A stretch of 64,000 nucleotides of DNA from the human T2T-CHM13v2.0 reference genome, Homo sapiens, in NCBI RefSeq assembly GCF_009914755.1, contig NC_060927.1, one strand, 5' to 3'. Position numbers and translations under genes: made by a program. Positions 32,569-64,000 of the stretch are shown here, piece after piece (the first letter of the stretch is position 1; each line of letters opens with the position of its first letter). The notes under the pieces were generated by a model. The model ran no database searches and was not told where the DNA came from. It saw nothing but the letters and a program-made list of their open reading frames with translations.

Positions 32569-34924
32569 TACTTCATTCCTCTAACTGTTGTGTAATGTTT
32601 CATGGTATGGATGAACCATAATTTTACCAGTCCACACTTTCTCAATTAAGCAATTTTTTTTAACAAGTAATATGGATTTATGATATCCAAAATGTAAAAA
32701 AGGATATATCCCTCCCACTCCTTTTCCTCAACAAGTTATTACCTTTGGCCTGGAGGCAGCCAAAATGAGCATTTGTGGTGGAAATTGGCTAGATGCTCAC
32801 CAATCCCATCTGTTTCTTCTTCCTGAGCACACAGAAGCCATTTCTCAGTTTCCCAGAGTTAGGTTGGAGTCAGATGACTTGGTCTGACCAATACAATATG
32901 GGAAGAGATAACAGATACAGCTGAATCTTGGCCCACTTTGTGGTGTTCTGTCTCTCAACTGACTGGCTGGCTGAAGGCAGAGGATCCAGCAAAGACTCCA
33001 AGAAGGCCCCAGAAGATGGCGGTGCCACAAGATGGAGACAGCCAAAATCTCTCATTCTCCTCTTGAAGGAGAGGGACCAGAGACCTCTGCACTGGACTTT
33101 ATGTGTGTGAGAAAAAAGCTTTTGCGTTAAGCCATCCAGATTTTTAGGTTGTTGCTTCAGCTAGCATCAATTACACTAATACAGAAAATGTCTTATGTGT
33201 CCTGAGATGTTCCACATAATAGACACAAGCAATTACCAGTCCTCTATCAAAGAACAAATAGGCTGTTTCTAAATTTTCTCTATTACAATAATGCCACAAT
33301 AAACATCCTAATTAATTGGGTTTTCAGACATATTAAACCTTTAAGAGTGTTTGAAATGTTGCAGGCACTTAGGAATCTGCTCCACCCCAGTCAGGTATTC
33401 CCCATCTTTTGCTCAGTTCAGCTTGAGCTCATCTAGTTGGCATGGTGCCAGCCTGGGAGAACCTGAAGCTCCTTTCTGGCTCAGAATCCGGCTTGATGAT
33501 GAGACTGTACTTTCTGCAAGAACAGATTTTTTTTTCCCACAATAACATTTATACATATGCATTTTTGCGGGCCTTGAGTGTCCATCACTTTAGACATTCA
33601 TTTCCTGGGACTGCCAAGCTGTCAGTTTTTCACCAGGCTCCAGACTCCTAGCTTGCGCATGTCTCCTCTACTCTCACACTTCATCTGTTTAATCAACACC
33701 ACGCCTGAATGCATGCCTCTGCAGGGTACTATTCCAGGTACAAAGTGAAAAGCACACCTAAGGGGGTTTGGTTGTTGTCATCCTCCCATCACATTAAGTG
33801 TGATATGTGATAAGAGATAGATGGGAGGGAATACATTCTAGCAGTCTATAATTGGTCCTGGTACTGACGTGAAACTGCTGAGAAAATCAGCTCAGGTCAG
33901 AGGTATAAGGTTGTGCTTTTCTTTATATTCAGGTTTCTCACATAGAGTACACATTAATTTTTAGAATATAATCAAAGGAGCCTATAAAACTTGAATTGTT
34001 ACAGCTGTAATTCTCTACTTCAAGACATCACTAGTCTTGAAATCAGTCTTTTTTCCTCTATTCTGCAGGCACTAAAAGCAAAGCCCAATGCAAGTAAGTT
34101 GCTTAAGGGTAATAAAGTAAGAGGAAGAAGCATGAATATACTTTTGTTCCCCGTTTCTCAGTTCAGTGAGTCTCAACTTTTGGGTTTACGCACAGTAGCA
34201 GATGCTGTCTATACTGAGCTCATATCCTTTGGGCCTACTCTGGAGTTTGCTATTAGAGAGTTCTAACACAAGAGAAGGACTGCCTGTGTCTGCATGAGTG
34301 CATTCTCCGACCTTAGGAGCGTGCTTTTCCAAGCACTGAGCTGGGTAGAGGTGCAGGAGTGTTAACACCCTAAAGAGGAAGGGAGTTGGTGGGATAATAG
34401 CTCAGCTTCCTTGCCTCTTAGTGAGACGATTCTGAAGAGTGTTCCATAGTTTCCCAGATGGCTCACAGGAGGATTAAGCCTGGTTGCCCACACAGTGACC
34501 CCTTATTAATGCACCCTTAATGACTATCCTTCCTTTCCTGTCTTACTTCTCCACTCCTTCAAAAGAGGAGTTGCCTCTTGGAGTCACCTTCTAAACAAAC
34601 TATTTGTACCCAAATCCTGGTCTCAGAGTCTGATGTTGGGGGAATCCAAACTAAGACAAGAGTTCCTTTGAAAATGTAAGGAAAAACAAGGTCCCTCTCC
34701 TCCGGAAAATATGCCATACTTCCAAGAAACCTAGGTAGGATTTGGTGAAATTCTGATAAAAGGGCCACGGTTCCAGAATCATCCTACCTTCCCTCTTCCC
34801 CCATCCCCTGAAGACTACTGACAGAGCTATACACAAGAAGCAGCATCATAATATAATAGGTATAAAAGCATTTATTAAAAGCTTCAAAAGTGCCCCAAAT
34901 CCCCACTGTACCCTGTTTAAAATA

Positions 34925-35358
34925 CAATTGACCCTTGAAAAATGAGGACATTAGGGTTACTGACCACCTACACAGTCAAAAATTCATGTATAACTTTGGT
35001 TACCCCAAAACTTAATTACTAATAGCCTACTGTTGATTGGAAGTCTTACTGATAACATAAAGTAGATTAACACATATTTTGTAGTTATATGCATTATATA
35101 CTGTATTCTTACAATAAAGCTACAGAAAAGAAAATTTAAAAAATCTAAGGAAGAGAAAATATATTTACTATTCATTAGGTGGACGTGGATCATCACAAAG
35201 GGCTTCTCATTGTCTTCACGTTGAGTAGGCTGAGGACAAGGAGGAAAAGGAGTGTCTGGTTGGTCTTGCTGTCTCAGGGGTGGCAGAAACAGAGAAAATT
35301 CATGTATTATTATGAGTAGACCCCATAGTCCAAACCTGTGTTGTTCAAGGGTCAACTG
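34925..35358. mobile_element. Tigger2a/MER28-like Tc1-mariner fossil (434 bp)
   Basis: Terminal inverted repeats CAATTGACCCTTGAA...TTCAAGGGTCAACTG, flanked by TA on both sides. Confidence 0.85.
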
Positions 35359-35884
35359 TACTCACCACATGGCTGGCTTCCTAACTATTCTCTGTCACAG
35401 TATCCTTGCCTTTTCCTACATGATTTGCTTAGTTGCTTACTGTTTTCTACCAGACTGTTCCCTGAAAACAGAAACTGAGTCTGCTTTGGTCACCACTGTA
35501 TACTCAGTGTTTATGACAATACTCTCTTTCACATGGAAGGTAATCCATAGGCTGAGAATGAGGTTGAGGTTTAGATTTCTGGCCTCAAAGAGCCACCAAT
35601 TCCTTGCTCATTAAAATCACAGGATCCTAACCTCTATCAGGCTACATGGAGAAAATCAAGGAGACAGGATAAATGAAATGAGCAGATCTGCAGAGCTGGT
35701 TCTGGCTCAACTAATCCATCAAGCTATGTGTGTGGAGGAGGCAGAACAGAATCCATTGGTGACCCTGGCTGCCAAGAACATGGGCCAATTAACATCTTGA
35801 ATTTTCACTATTAGATTAGTAGCTCCTTTTCACTGGGGAAGGGGAAATAAGGAGGAAGGTTGCCAAAATCTCTCCCTGAAGTAT

Positions 35885-38200
35885 ATCCTATTATATTTAT
35901 ATTATATATATTTAATATATATAATATATATTTCACATATAATATATATTTCATATAGTATATATATTTCATATATTATATATATTTAATATATAATATA
36001 TATTTCACATATAATATATATTTCATACGTATTTCATATATATTTCACATATATTATATATTTCATACGTATTTCATATATATTTCACATATATTATATA
36101 TTTCATACGTATTTCATATATATTTCACATATATTATATATTTCATACGTATTTCATATATATTTCACATATATTATATATTTCATACGTATTTCATATA
36201 TATTTCACATATATTATATATTTCATACGTATTTCATATATATTTCACATATATTATATATTTCATACGTATTTCATATATATTTCACATATATTATATA
36301 TTTCATACGTATTTCATATATATTTCACATATATTATATATTCATACGTATTTCATATATATTTCACATATATTATATATTTCATACGTATTTCATATAT
36401 ATTTCACATATATTATATATTTCACACGTATTTCATATATATTTCATATATATTATATATTTCACACGTATTTCATATATATTATATATTTCACACACAT
36501 TACTTATTTCATATATTATATATTTCACACGCATTACATATTTCATGCATTCTATATATTTCACATGCATTACGTATTTCATGCATTACATATATTTCAT
36601 ATGCATTACGTATTTCATGCATTACATATATTTCATATGCATTACGTATTTCATACGCATTACGTATTTCATGCGTTACCTATATTTCATATGCATTACG
36701 TATTTCATGCATTACATATATTTCATGTATATTTCATGTATAATATATTTCATGTATATTTCATGTATATTTCATATACTATGCATATGCATTACATATA
36801 TTTCATATGCATTACGTATTTCATATGCATTACGTATTTCATGCGTTACCTATATTTCATATGCATTACGTATTTCATGCGTTATATTTCATGTATATTT
36901 CATGTATAATATATTTCATGTATATATTTCATGTATATTTCATGTATATTTCATGTATATTTCATATACTATTTCATATACTATGCATATTTCATATACA
37001 TATTTCATATACAATGCATATTTCATATACATATTTCATATACAATGCATATTTCATATACATATTTCATATACAATGCATATTTCATATACATATTTCA
37101 TATACAATGCATATTTCATATACATATTTCATTTACATAATATAGTTCATATATTATGTATATTTCATTTACATAATATAGTTCATATATTATGTATATT
37201 TCATTTACATAATATAGTTCATATATTATGTATATTTCATTTACATAATATAGTTCATATATTATGTATATTTCATATACATGTCATATATTATGTATAT
37301 TTCATATACATATGTCATATATTATGTATATTTCATATACATATGTCATATATTATGTATATTTCATATACATGTCATATATTATGTATATTTCATATAC
37401 ATATGTCATATATTATGTATATTTCATATACATATGTCATATATTATGTATATTTCATATACATATGTCATATATTATGTATATTTCATATACATATGTC
37501 ATATATTATGTATATTTCATATACATATGTCATATATTATGTATATTTCATATACATATGTCATATATTATGTATATTTCATATACATATGTCATATATT
37601 ATGTATATTTCATATACATATGTCATATATTATGTATATTTCATATACATATTTCATATATTATGTATATTTCATATACATATTTCATATATTATGTATA
37701 TTTCATATACATATTTCATATATTATGTATATTTCATATACATATTTCATATATTATGTAATTTCATATACATATTTCATATATTATGTATATTTCATAT
37801 ACATATTTCATATATTATGTATATTTCATATACATAATATATTTCATATATTATGTATATTTCATATATTATAGATTTCATATATATTATATATTTCATA
37901 TATTATAGATTTCATATATATTATATATTTCATATATTATAGATTTCATATATATTATATATTTCATATATTATAGATTTCATATATTATATATTTCATA
38001 TATATTATATATTTCATATATTATAGATTTCATATATATTATAGATTTCATATATATTATAGATTTCATGTTATATATTTCATATATATTATAGATTTCA
38101 TGTTGTTTCATATATGTTATATATTTCATATTTCATATATATTTATATATAGTATATATACTTCATACATATTGTCTATATTTCATATATAATACATATA
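35885..38200. repeat. ~2.3 kb composite AT-rich tandem repeat built on a TATTTCAT core
   Basis: Successive blocks with ~40, ~18-20, 11, 31, 36 and 29/31-bp periods. Confidence 0.97.
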
Positions 38201-38206
38201 TAATTT

Positions 38207-38500
<294 letters not shown>

Positions 38501-39019
38501 AGGGAGAAAAAAACAAAACAAAATAAAACAAAACAAAACAAAAACAAAACTGAAGTATGTCCATGGGTCATACAACTCAACAACCCCAAGCCAAGAATTT
38601 CTGGTTTGTAGACCTTTCTATTGGTACAAACCTTGAGGCTAATTCTTACCATCAGATTTAGCTCCTTTCTGATACATTTGATCCCCATCCCTCTCCTCCC
38701 TGCAAAAAGAAAAAGGCAGAACATATGGTAAAGAAACTGTCAGTAGTAATGGCTGAAAACCACTTACAGCAAGGCCTGTGCTATGCTTTCTGGAACTGCG
38801 GCACCTTTGCTGAGCCTGGACTATTCTATCCTCTAAATGTGCACCTGTTGAAATCATGTTAACTTTGCAAGATCTGGTACAAATGCTACCTTCTTCATGA
38901 AACGTTCTCCAATCCAACCAACTAGGTGGAAACCCGCTAGTAGCTTCTAGTTGACTGGTTTCATGGTCAGTTGGACCTCCCACAGCAGAGCTCAGCGCAG
39001 AGCTTCCAGTGCTTGGCGG

Positions 39020-39849
39020 TGTTTTAGAACCAAACTAAGGTCTACTTGCCCAGTGCAGTGACATTAGATTGCCACACGGAGGTTTTGCTGCAGTAGAAAG
39101 GCAGGGCGCCTAGCAAGAGGGGAGAATTAGTGTAGCTCAAGCTTAATATATATAAATATACATTATATATAATACATATTTCATAAACTTATGAAATACA
39201 TACTGGGGACCTAAACTTCCTGGCGTGAGCCACCGCGCCCAGCCAAGCATTCTTAAAGATAGGGGTAATTTCGGAAAAGAAGAAGTTACAGGTAAAGTCA
39301 TAAATCAATACACAGAGGTTATACATTGGTTTGACCTAAAAAGGGGGGACATCTCCAAGCAGGAGCCCACAGGTCATAGGTGGATTCAAAGATTTTCTGA
39401 TTTGCGATTGATAAAAGAGGTGAAGCTTTGTCTAAAAATTTCGGATCAGTAGAAAAGAATGTTAGCTACAGCTTGTGGGCATGACCTTCTTCAGGAAGAA
39501 GAAACTTAGAGAAAAAACAAACCACCAGTCAGAGTTCAGTCCTTAGCTCCCCATTCTCTGAGGTCTATGTGCCAGCAGATCCATTTGGTGGGGGTCTGGG
39601 TTTCTAAAAAACAACTCAGGGACATGTGTTGATGTTATCTTTAGTTTTTATAGGGAACCAAACATCCAGTTATTTTAGTTTCTTTGGCTAATGTTTAAAG
39701 TTATTACTGCCCTCTTGCTTATCAAGGGGTTCATTAACTTTTCAAGGCTAGCTAAGTGCCGGGAATTTCTCTTGAAGTAACTCAAGATTTTCCTTTATTT
39801 CCATGGTTGAGGGCCTGCAGGCCCTAAAAGGGGTCCCTGCTCCGTCTCA
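39020..39849 (-). mobile_element. ERV1-class solo LTR (MER39-like)
   Basis: Reverse complement begins TGAGACGGAGCAGGGACCCCTTTTAGGGCCTGCAGG...GGAAATAAAGGAAAATCTTGAG and ends in CA; subfamily from memory. Confidence 0.6.
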
Positions 39850-39875
39850 GCTGGGCCTAGGTGAAGGTCTCTTCC

Positions 39876-40145
39876 TTTTTCTGAGACGGTGTCTCCGTCT
39901 GTTGCCCAGACTGGAGTGCAGTGGCATGCTCTCGGGTCACTGCAACCTTCGCCTCCTGCTTCAGCCTCCCTAGTAGCTGGGATTACAGGCGCCAGCCACC
40001 ACGCCCAGCGATTTTTCTGTATTTTAGTAGAGAGGGAGTTTCACCATGTTGGTCAGGATGGTCTCGAACTCCTGACCTCAGGTGGTCCGCCCGCCTCCGC
40101 CTCCCAAAGTGTTGGGATTACAGGCGTGAGCCACCGCACCCGGCC
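39876..40145 (-). mobile_element. Alu SINE
   Basis: Alu reverse complement with a short internal deletion. Confidence 0.88.
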
Positions 40146-40299
40146 TAAGGTCTCTTCCTTAAAGACTGCCGTTGGACTGAAAGGTGTCCAACCTAGAACA
40201 GTTTCGCACCTAGCCCTATCCCTGTTGGATGCTCATTATTTTTTAAAATCCAATTTACCAAGCGTGTTCAGTCTTCAGCTCGCTAATTTCTCTAACGGC

Positions 40300-42200
40300 C
40301 GTACGTAGTCAAACTGAGAAAACTGTTCAGTGGGGGCGACAAAAGCCAACGCCCGTGAGACAACCCCCAAATCCGTGGGTCGATCTCACTTGTTTAATAC
40401 CCCAAGCCCTGTCCGGGGGGAAGAAAGACAACCTCCCGAGTCCCTCAAGGCAGGTGCTTATTTGAGCTTCAGATCTAAAGCTGCGAATGGACAGAACCCG
40501 CCCAGTGCAGGGTGGACCCGCGAGAGACAGCGCCGCGACAAGCGTTAGAGAGAACGTCCGCCTTGAAAAAAATGTCACCAGGCAAACTTCCAGTTTCACT
40601 CCGACCAGTGGCCCAAGGCCTTTTATCCTAGTTGGCAGTGGTCCACACCCAAAGGCTACCCCACCCAGCCGCTCCCTCAGGGTTTCTCCACACCCTGTAG
40701 AGCCTTTCGCACGTCTCGAGGGTGTGACGGTTACGCCGTGACGTCACTCCAGAGGAAGTGGTAAGACGAGCGCGGTAACGGAGCTCTTGAAGGGCTGCAG
40801 CCCTAACACGGAGAAGCGCGCTAAGAGCCTGGAGGCGGGACCAATTTATGACTGACGTCTACCCACACCCATTGCTTTTCTGATTCCTTCTCAAACAAAC
40901 CAATGAATGCGACGACGGAGACAGCAGCGTGCCCCAGGCGCTAGAAGTGGCTCTGCCCCTTCTACTTTGCTGCCCTTTGGTCGCCATGCTTAGTGTGGCT
41001 ACTGCCTCTGTGCTACTTGAGGCTCTCCTACGGCTTTTCGATGCCTTCGATGAACCTCTACCTAAGCACTTCTTCCCTTTCACCGCGAACTCCTACCTTC
41101 TCGGGTTTCTAGCTTGCTCACTTTACATCCAGCCACACTGGAGATGGCGGCCGGAGGCGGGCCCGAGGTGGGGCGTGACCAGCGCAGTGACGTCAGCGCG
41201 CTGCGTGTCGGCAGGTGGAGGAAGAGGGGAAAGTTTGGCCCGTGCGTGGGGCTGGGGTGGAGGGCGGGACAGAGGGGCTGGGCCCAGGCAAAGCTTCTGT
41301 CGCTGCTGCTGCGGAGGCCGAGGACAGGACGTGGGCTGGGCCGGGCAGTGCCGGACTCGGAGGAGCAGGAGGCGAGGTCCGCCGGAGCTCTGAGCCCCCG
41401 CTGCTCTGCCGCGCGGTGACCCCGCGCCCCGGCGCCGTCCGACCCGTGGCTGTTCCGAGACGATTGGTGGGGGCGCGGCGGCGGCGGCGGCGGCTGTTGG
41501 GGGTGGGGAGACGCGCGGCGAGGAGACGAGCGAGGTCAGCGAGTTTGAGGGAGGACCGCGAGCCGCTGCCGCCGTCATGTCCGAGGACTCGAGCGCCCTG
41601 CCCTGGTCCATCAACAGGGACGATTACGAGCTGCAGGAGGTGATCGGTGAGAGCAGGCGCTGCGGAGGGGGGAGGCGCGGCGCTGGGAGGCGGGGGACAC
41701 GGGAACGTGGGGAGCCGCGGGAGCTCGGGGAGCGCAGCCCTCATAGGAATTCGTGGGGCGCTTGTGGGGCTGGGGGCTTGTAGGACGCTTGTGTCGAGGA
41801 GCGCGTGTGAGACGGGAAGGGGGTTTTGAGGCGCGCGCCTGTGAGGTGGCGTGGGGTGGGGTGAGGCTTGAGGGGGCTCAGGAGAGATTTGTGTACAGGA
41901 TTCTCAAATGTGTGGACAGGAGCGGCCCATGTGTCTTGTAGAGAAAGAAAGTGCAGGTGTGGGACAGGCCTTTCCGAGGCTGTGTGAGAAATGGGATCTT
42001 GAAGTGGGCACAGCCATCGATTTCTGGGATTGTGGGATAGATAGGGAGCTTTAAGTTTTTCCTCCATCCGTGCTGGGGCGAACTGGGGATCCTCCAGGTG
42101 AAGCTGCAGGAACCGCGCTGAGCAACCGAGACCCAACTTACGACTCCTTCCAACTGACTTTCCAGTCGGGGAGGTAGACATTAAATAAGAAGACAAAAAG
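40300..42200 (+). promoter_or_regulatory. OXSR1 CpG-island promoter
   Basis: CpG-dense; TGACGTCA at 40739-40746 and 41188-41195, GGAAGT 40754-40759, CCAAT at 40841 and 40900, YY1-like GATGGCGGC 41143-41151. Confidence 0.9.
41577..41646 (+). CDS. OXSR1: OXSR1 (OSR1, STE20-family Ser/Thr kinase) coding exon 1 (70 nt; MSEDSSALPWSINRDDYELQEVI)
   Basis: Recognised N-terminus; GCCGTCATG context; GTGAG donor at 41647. Confidence 0.97.
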
Positions 42201-42210
42201 AAGTAAGAAG

Positions 42211-57721
<15,511 letters not shown>

Positions 57722-58703
57722 GAGACTCTTGATCCTATTTAATTCTTCTCTTTTAATAGGTAGTTACCCTATTTAAGTTTAGTGTATAGCTCTTGTCCTA
57801 CTTTTGTGAGCTGTAATCCTATGGTAATTCAGTTTTCAGATCTCTTGGAATGCTATTTTTTTCTGTTTTATTCTTCTGGCACCTCTAGAACTCCCGTTCT
57901 ATCTCTGCAGCTGCCTGGGCTGACCTGTGGATGTGGGGCCCTGGCTTTGCTGCTGCTAAGGGCAGATTGGCTTGACATTGCCGCACGTGTGGGGTAGACA
58001 CCTGGCTGGCGCTGTGGAGAATCTGGCCTGCTACTGTTTCAGGCATAGTGTGGAGACCCTGCTGATGCTGGGGAGGACTGGGTTCACCACTGTCCTGGAT
58101 GGGGACTGGAAAATGTATCTCTCTGCTAGGTCTCTGCTGAGCTGCCCCTTTCATAGACTGTTGGCCAGAGAGAGCAGAGTTTTCTCATTTATTTATTTGT
58201 CTTTATCTGCCTTATCCATCCATTTTTGGTGTTCATTCCAGTTTACAAGCCTCTCTGGTGTCCAGTCTGGGATATTTGGGAGATAAAGGGAAAACCCAGT
58301 GAACTTACTGTGGTGTTTTCTTGAAGTCTTGAGATCCCTAACTAGTCTACCTCTCTCTTTTCTACCTTTCAGAGCCCTCTTATGATTGTTTGTTGAATTA
58401 TTTTTAGGCTATTTAGTTGTATTTGGAGGAGAGGAGTGAGGAAATGTGAGCCTATGCCATTGTATCCTGGAACTGGAATACTAGCAGTTTAGATATTTTT
58501 TTTGCACTGGTATTTATTGGCAGTACATATGAAATGGTTGAGGCTTTTGTTTTAACTGACACTCTTTAGAGCATTTTTCTCTATCTGTTATGCGCTGTAG
58601 GAACAAGATAAGGATTACTCTTGTTTAAATTGTATGGGAATTAGAAATGTCATGTTTTTATATATCCATCTACTTATTTACTCTTTTATGTATTTGTTTT
58701 TAG

Positions 58704-58816
58704 GGAGTGGAGCAACTGCTGTAGTCCAAGCAGCTTATTGTGCCCCTAAAAAGGAGAAAGTGGCAATCAAACGGATAAACCTTGAGAAATGTCAAACTAG
58801 CATGGATGAACTCCTG
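58704..58816 (+). CDS. OXSR1: OXSR1 exon 2 (113 nt; [38 protein letters not shown]; Gly-rich loop and catalytic Lys)
   Basis: Kinase subdomains I-II (GxGxxA, VAIK); TTTTAG acceptor, GTATG donor; in frame with exon 1; gene continues past the window. Confidence 0.97.
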
Positions 58817-60602
58817 GTATGCACATCTTATACTTCTGAAATGGAGAGATATACTCATATATTCACATTACAATGGGAAATAACTTGAAGTTTTTGATTT
58901 GTTTCTTTTTAAAAAAGTTTATGATTTCTTCATTAATAAATAATATTCATTGTAAAATTTATAAAGTCTGGATAAGTAGAAAAAAATTAGTTATAATATT
59001 CTTACTCTGAGACTAACATTTAATATGTAACCTTTCAGAGTGAACATTTGAATATATTTGTATTTTTATGATAATGTAGTCAGATTCTTGCTCTTTTCAT
59101 TTAATAATTTATCATAGAACTTTTTCTGTGTCTGTAAATATGGATCAGTATCATTTACAGTGTGTTTATAGTATTCTGTTGAATAGACCACACTTTATTA
59201 ACTATGATATTTGCTAATTACTTTGTTTCCTCTTTTTTATTGTTATAAACAATGCTTGCTTTTCTATTCCCTTAAAATAATACCATGGAATTGTGATTCC
59301 TGGGTCAAGTGGAATATCCTTTGAAAGGCTCTGGCCTTTTAAACTTTCATTCTAATGCTGGATATAAGACAAGAGATAGAATGACCCCCAGGCAGCATTA
59401 GCTTCTTCAAAGGCTAGGGAAAGGAAGAAGAAAGGGAAGTCCCAAGCAATAGCTGTAAGAATGTTCTGTGACATTAAAATGTAACCATACAGGGATTGTA
59501 TTGTATTTTTTTTAGGCATTGTGCTACCCAGAATAGTTTTAAGTATATAGTAAGTGCTCAGCAAGGGAAATTAGTTTTTAAAATTACTTATTATTGTTTC
59601 AAAATTTTCAGTTTCTTTGGCTTAATGAAAATAATAATACTTGCTTTGGATACCTTTTGAGGTTTTTCTTGAGGCTCAAATGATACAGTATTTGAAGACT
59701 CTAAACTGCCATACAAATGTGAACTAATATTGTTACTTTATTAAGTAATTTCTTTAAGAGCATATACAGCTAGTGCTAGAAAGGTCGGGTATTAGAACTG
59801 GAATGACCTGCCCATCCAGAAGTTTTTTTCACTGTCCCAAATTGTATTTTATTTCTGGTGGTGTCTGTACTGAGTATTAGGGAATAATTGGAATTAAAGA
59901 AAAAGAGGTAATGGAATTATATATTGCATAATATATAATTATATATGAGATGGACGAGACAAATGTATTTCTTTAGGAATTGGTAATGTACGAGCAGGAG
60001 CTGAAGGAGTGGGCTGCTGGAATGATCTTGAGCCATCTTTGGTGAGAGAATGCATACTTCGAAGGAAATGCTGATCGAAATCTTATTTTAAGATCTTGGA
60101 TTGATACATACAATAATACTTTAGAGCACCATTTGGACACTTGAACTGCAGTGATGATAAAAGAAGTCGATAAACTGCGAACTAATTCTGTTAAAGAAAA
60201 ACAAAAATGTTAACCTACATATTAAGACTAGAATTTGGGAAGTCCAATATGAAGACCTATAATTTGCCAGTTAGTTAATCCATAAGGATAGAGTAAAATG
60301 AATGAAAGTCTTATTATTTACTGCTTCATGATTAAGCTGAGGCTCAAAGTTTAAATAACTTAAGTTCACTTGATGATAATAGCAAACATCTTTCAGTGCT
60401 AGGTACTTCAGTGTACTTTAACCTCACACACATCTCCATGAGCTAAGTAGTAGCTGTTTTCTAGATGAAGGAAGTAAATCATATAATAAGTGATAGAGTC
60501 TGGATTAAAAATCAGGTCTTTCTGACTTAAGTCTATTATTGTCTGCTTAGTATAGTACTAACAAAATGATTATAATCTTAGTTCAAAAGTAGAAAGAACA
60601 TT

Positions 60603-63597
<2,995 letters not shown>

Positions 63598-64000
63598 TAG
63601 GTGGTTGAGGAAGCTGCTGGGTAATTTAAGTCAGTATTCATATACCACTCTTGTGAATCATTTATATATTTATTTTTCTTTTTGAAAGGAGGAAAGGATA
63701 ACTCTACTGGTAGTTAAGGTACAAGAAGATTCCCCCTTCCCCCTTTAAAGGAATAGAAGGCAAGAAAAAGAATATTTAAGCCCCTTTTCATCTTTGGATT
63801 TTGTGTTTTTTTGATAGTCTTTTGCTAGAAAACCCTTTGTAGTACTCCCCTTTTCAGATTAAAGCTCAAAACCCTTAGCTTAACATTTAAGACCTTCCAC
63901 AATTTGACCCTAACTCTTTACATTGTCACTCTCTCATGTGATTTTTCTTTCCTTCACCTTCCCTATCAGTTAGTCACCAAATCCTATTGTTTGTACCTCT

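Noticed and set aside
36545-37874. 430-aa and overlapping Y/I/F/H/M-rich ORFs
   Set aside because: They are translations of the AT-rich tandem repeat, open in several frames only because the units lack stops; no promoter, splice signals or domain.
35885-38200. CRISPR-like appearance of regular 31-40 bp repeats
   Set aside because: Units are head-to-tail with no unique spacers, there are no cas genes, and the DNA is human.
40929-41744. Several 140-180 aa ORFs on both strands around the OXSR1 start
   Set aside because: Stop-poor CpG island giving Ala/Pro/Arg/Gly-rich low-complexity translations.

Overview
This is human (primate) genomic DNA, recognisable from exon translations as the ACAA1-MYD88-OXSR1 locus (3p22). 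ACAA1 (peroxisomal 3-ketoacyl-CoA thiolase) lies on the - strand with coding exons 1-11 at 12704..1234; its last exon is off the left edge. It is head-to-head with the complete 5-exon MYD88 gene (+; CDS 14370..16955, in-frame upstream ATG 14331, polyA signal 18667). About 22 kb of repeat-dense intergenic DNA follows, including a ~2.3 kb composite AT-rich tandem repeat. Then come the CpG-island promoter and coding exons 1-2 of OXSR1 (+). All exon boundaries were read by eye; they are GT-AG and keep frame. Most ORF-track entries are Alu, LTR, CpG-island or tandem-repeat artefacts. I see no new protein-coding system. The most unusual structures are: (1) an HERV-K LTR5 solo LTR with a second LTR5 inserted inside it in the opposite orientation, in ACAA1 intron 2 about 2.2 kb upstream of MYD88, which would give a ~750-bp near-adjacent inverted repeat or dsRNA; (2) a perfect 16-bp hairpin in MYD88 intron 1; (3) a ~200-bp locally templated insertion inside an old L1; (4) the layered AT-rich VNTR; (5) a tight inverted-Alu junction. 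Repeat subfamily names, SNP IDs and isoform details are recalled from memory and need database confirmation.
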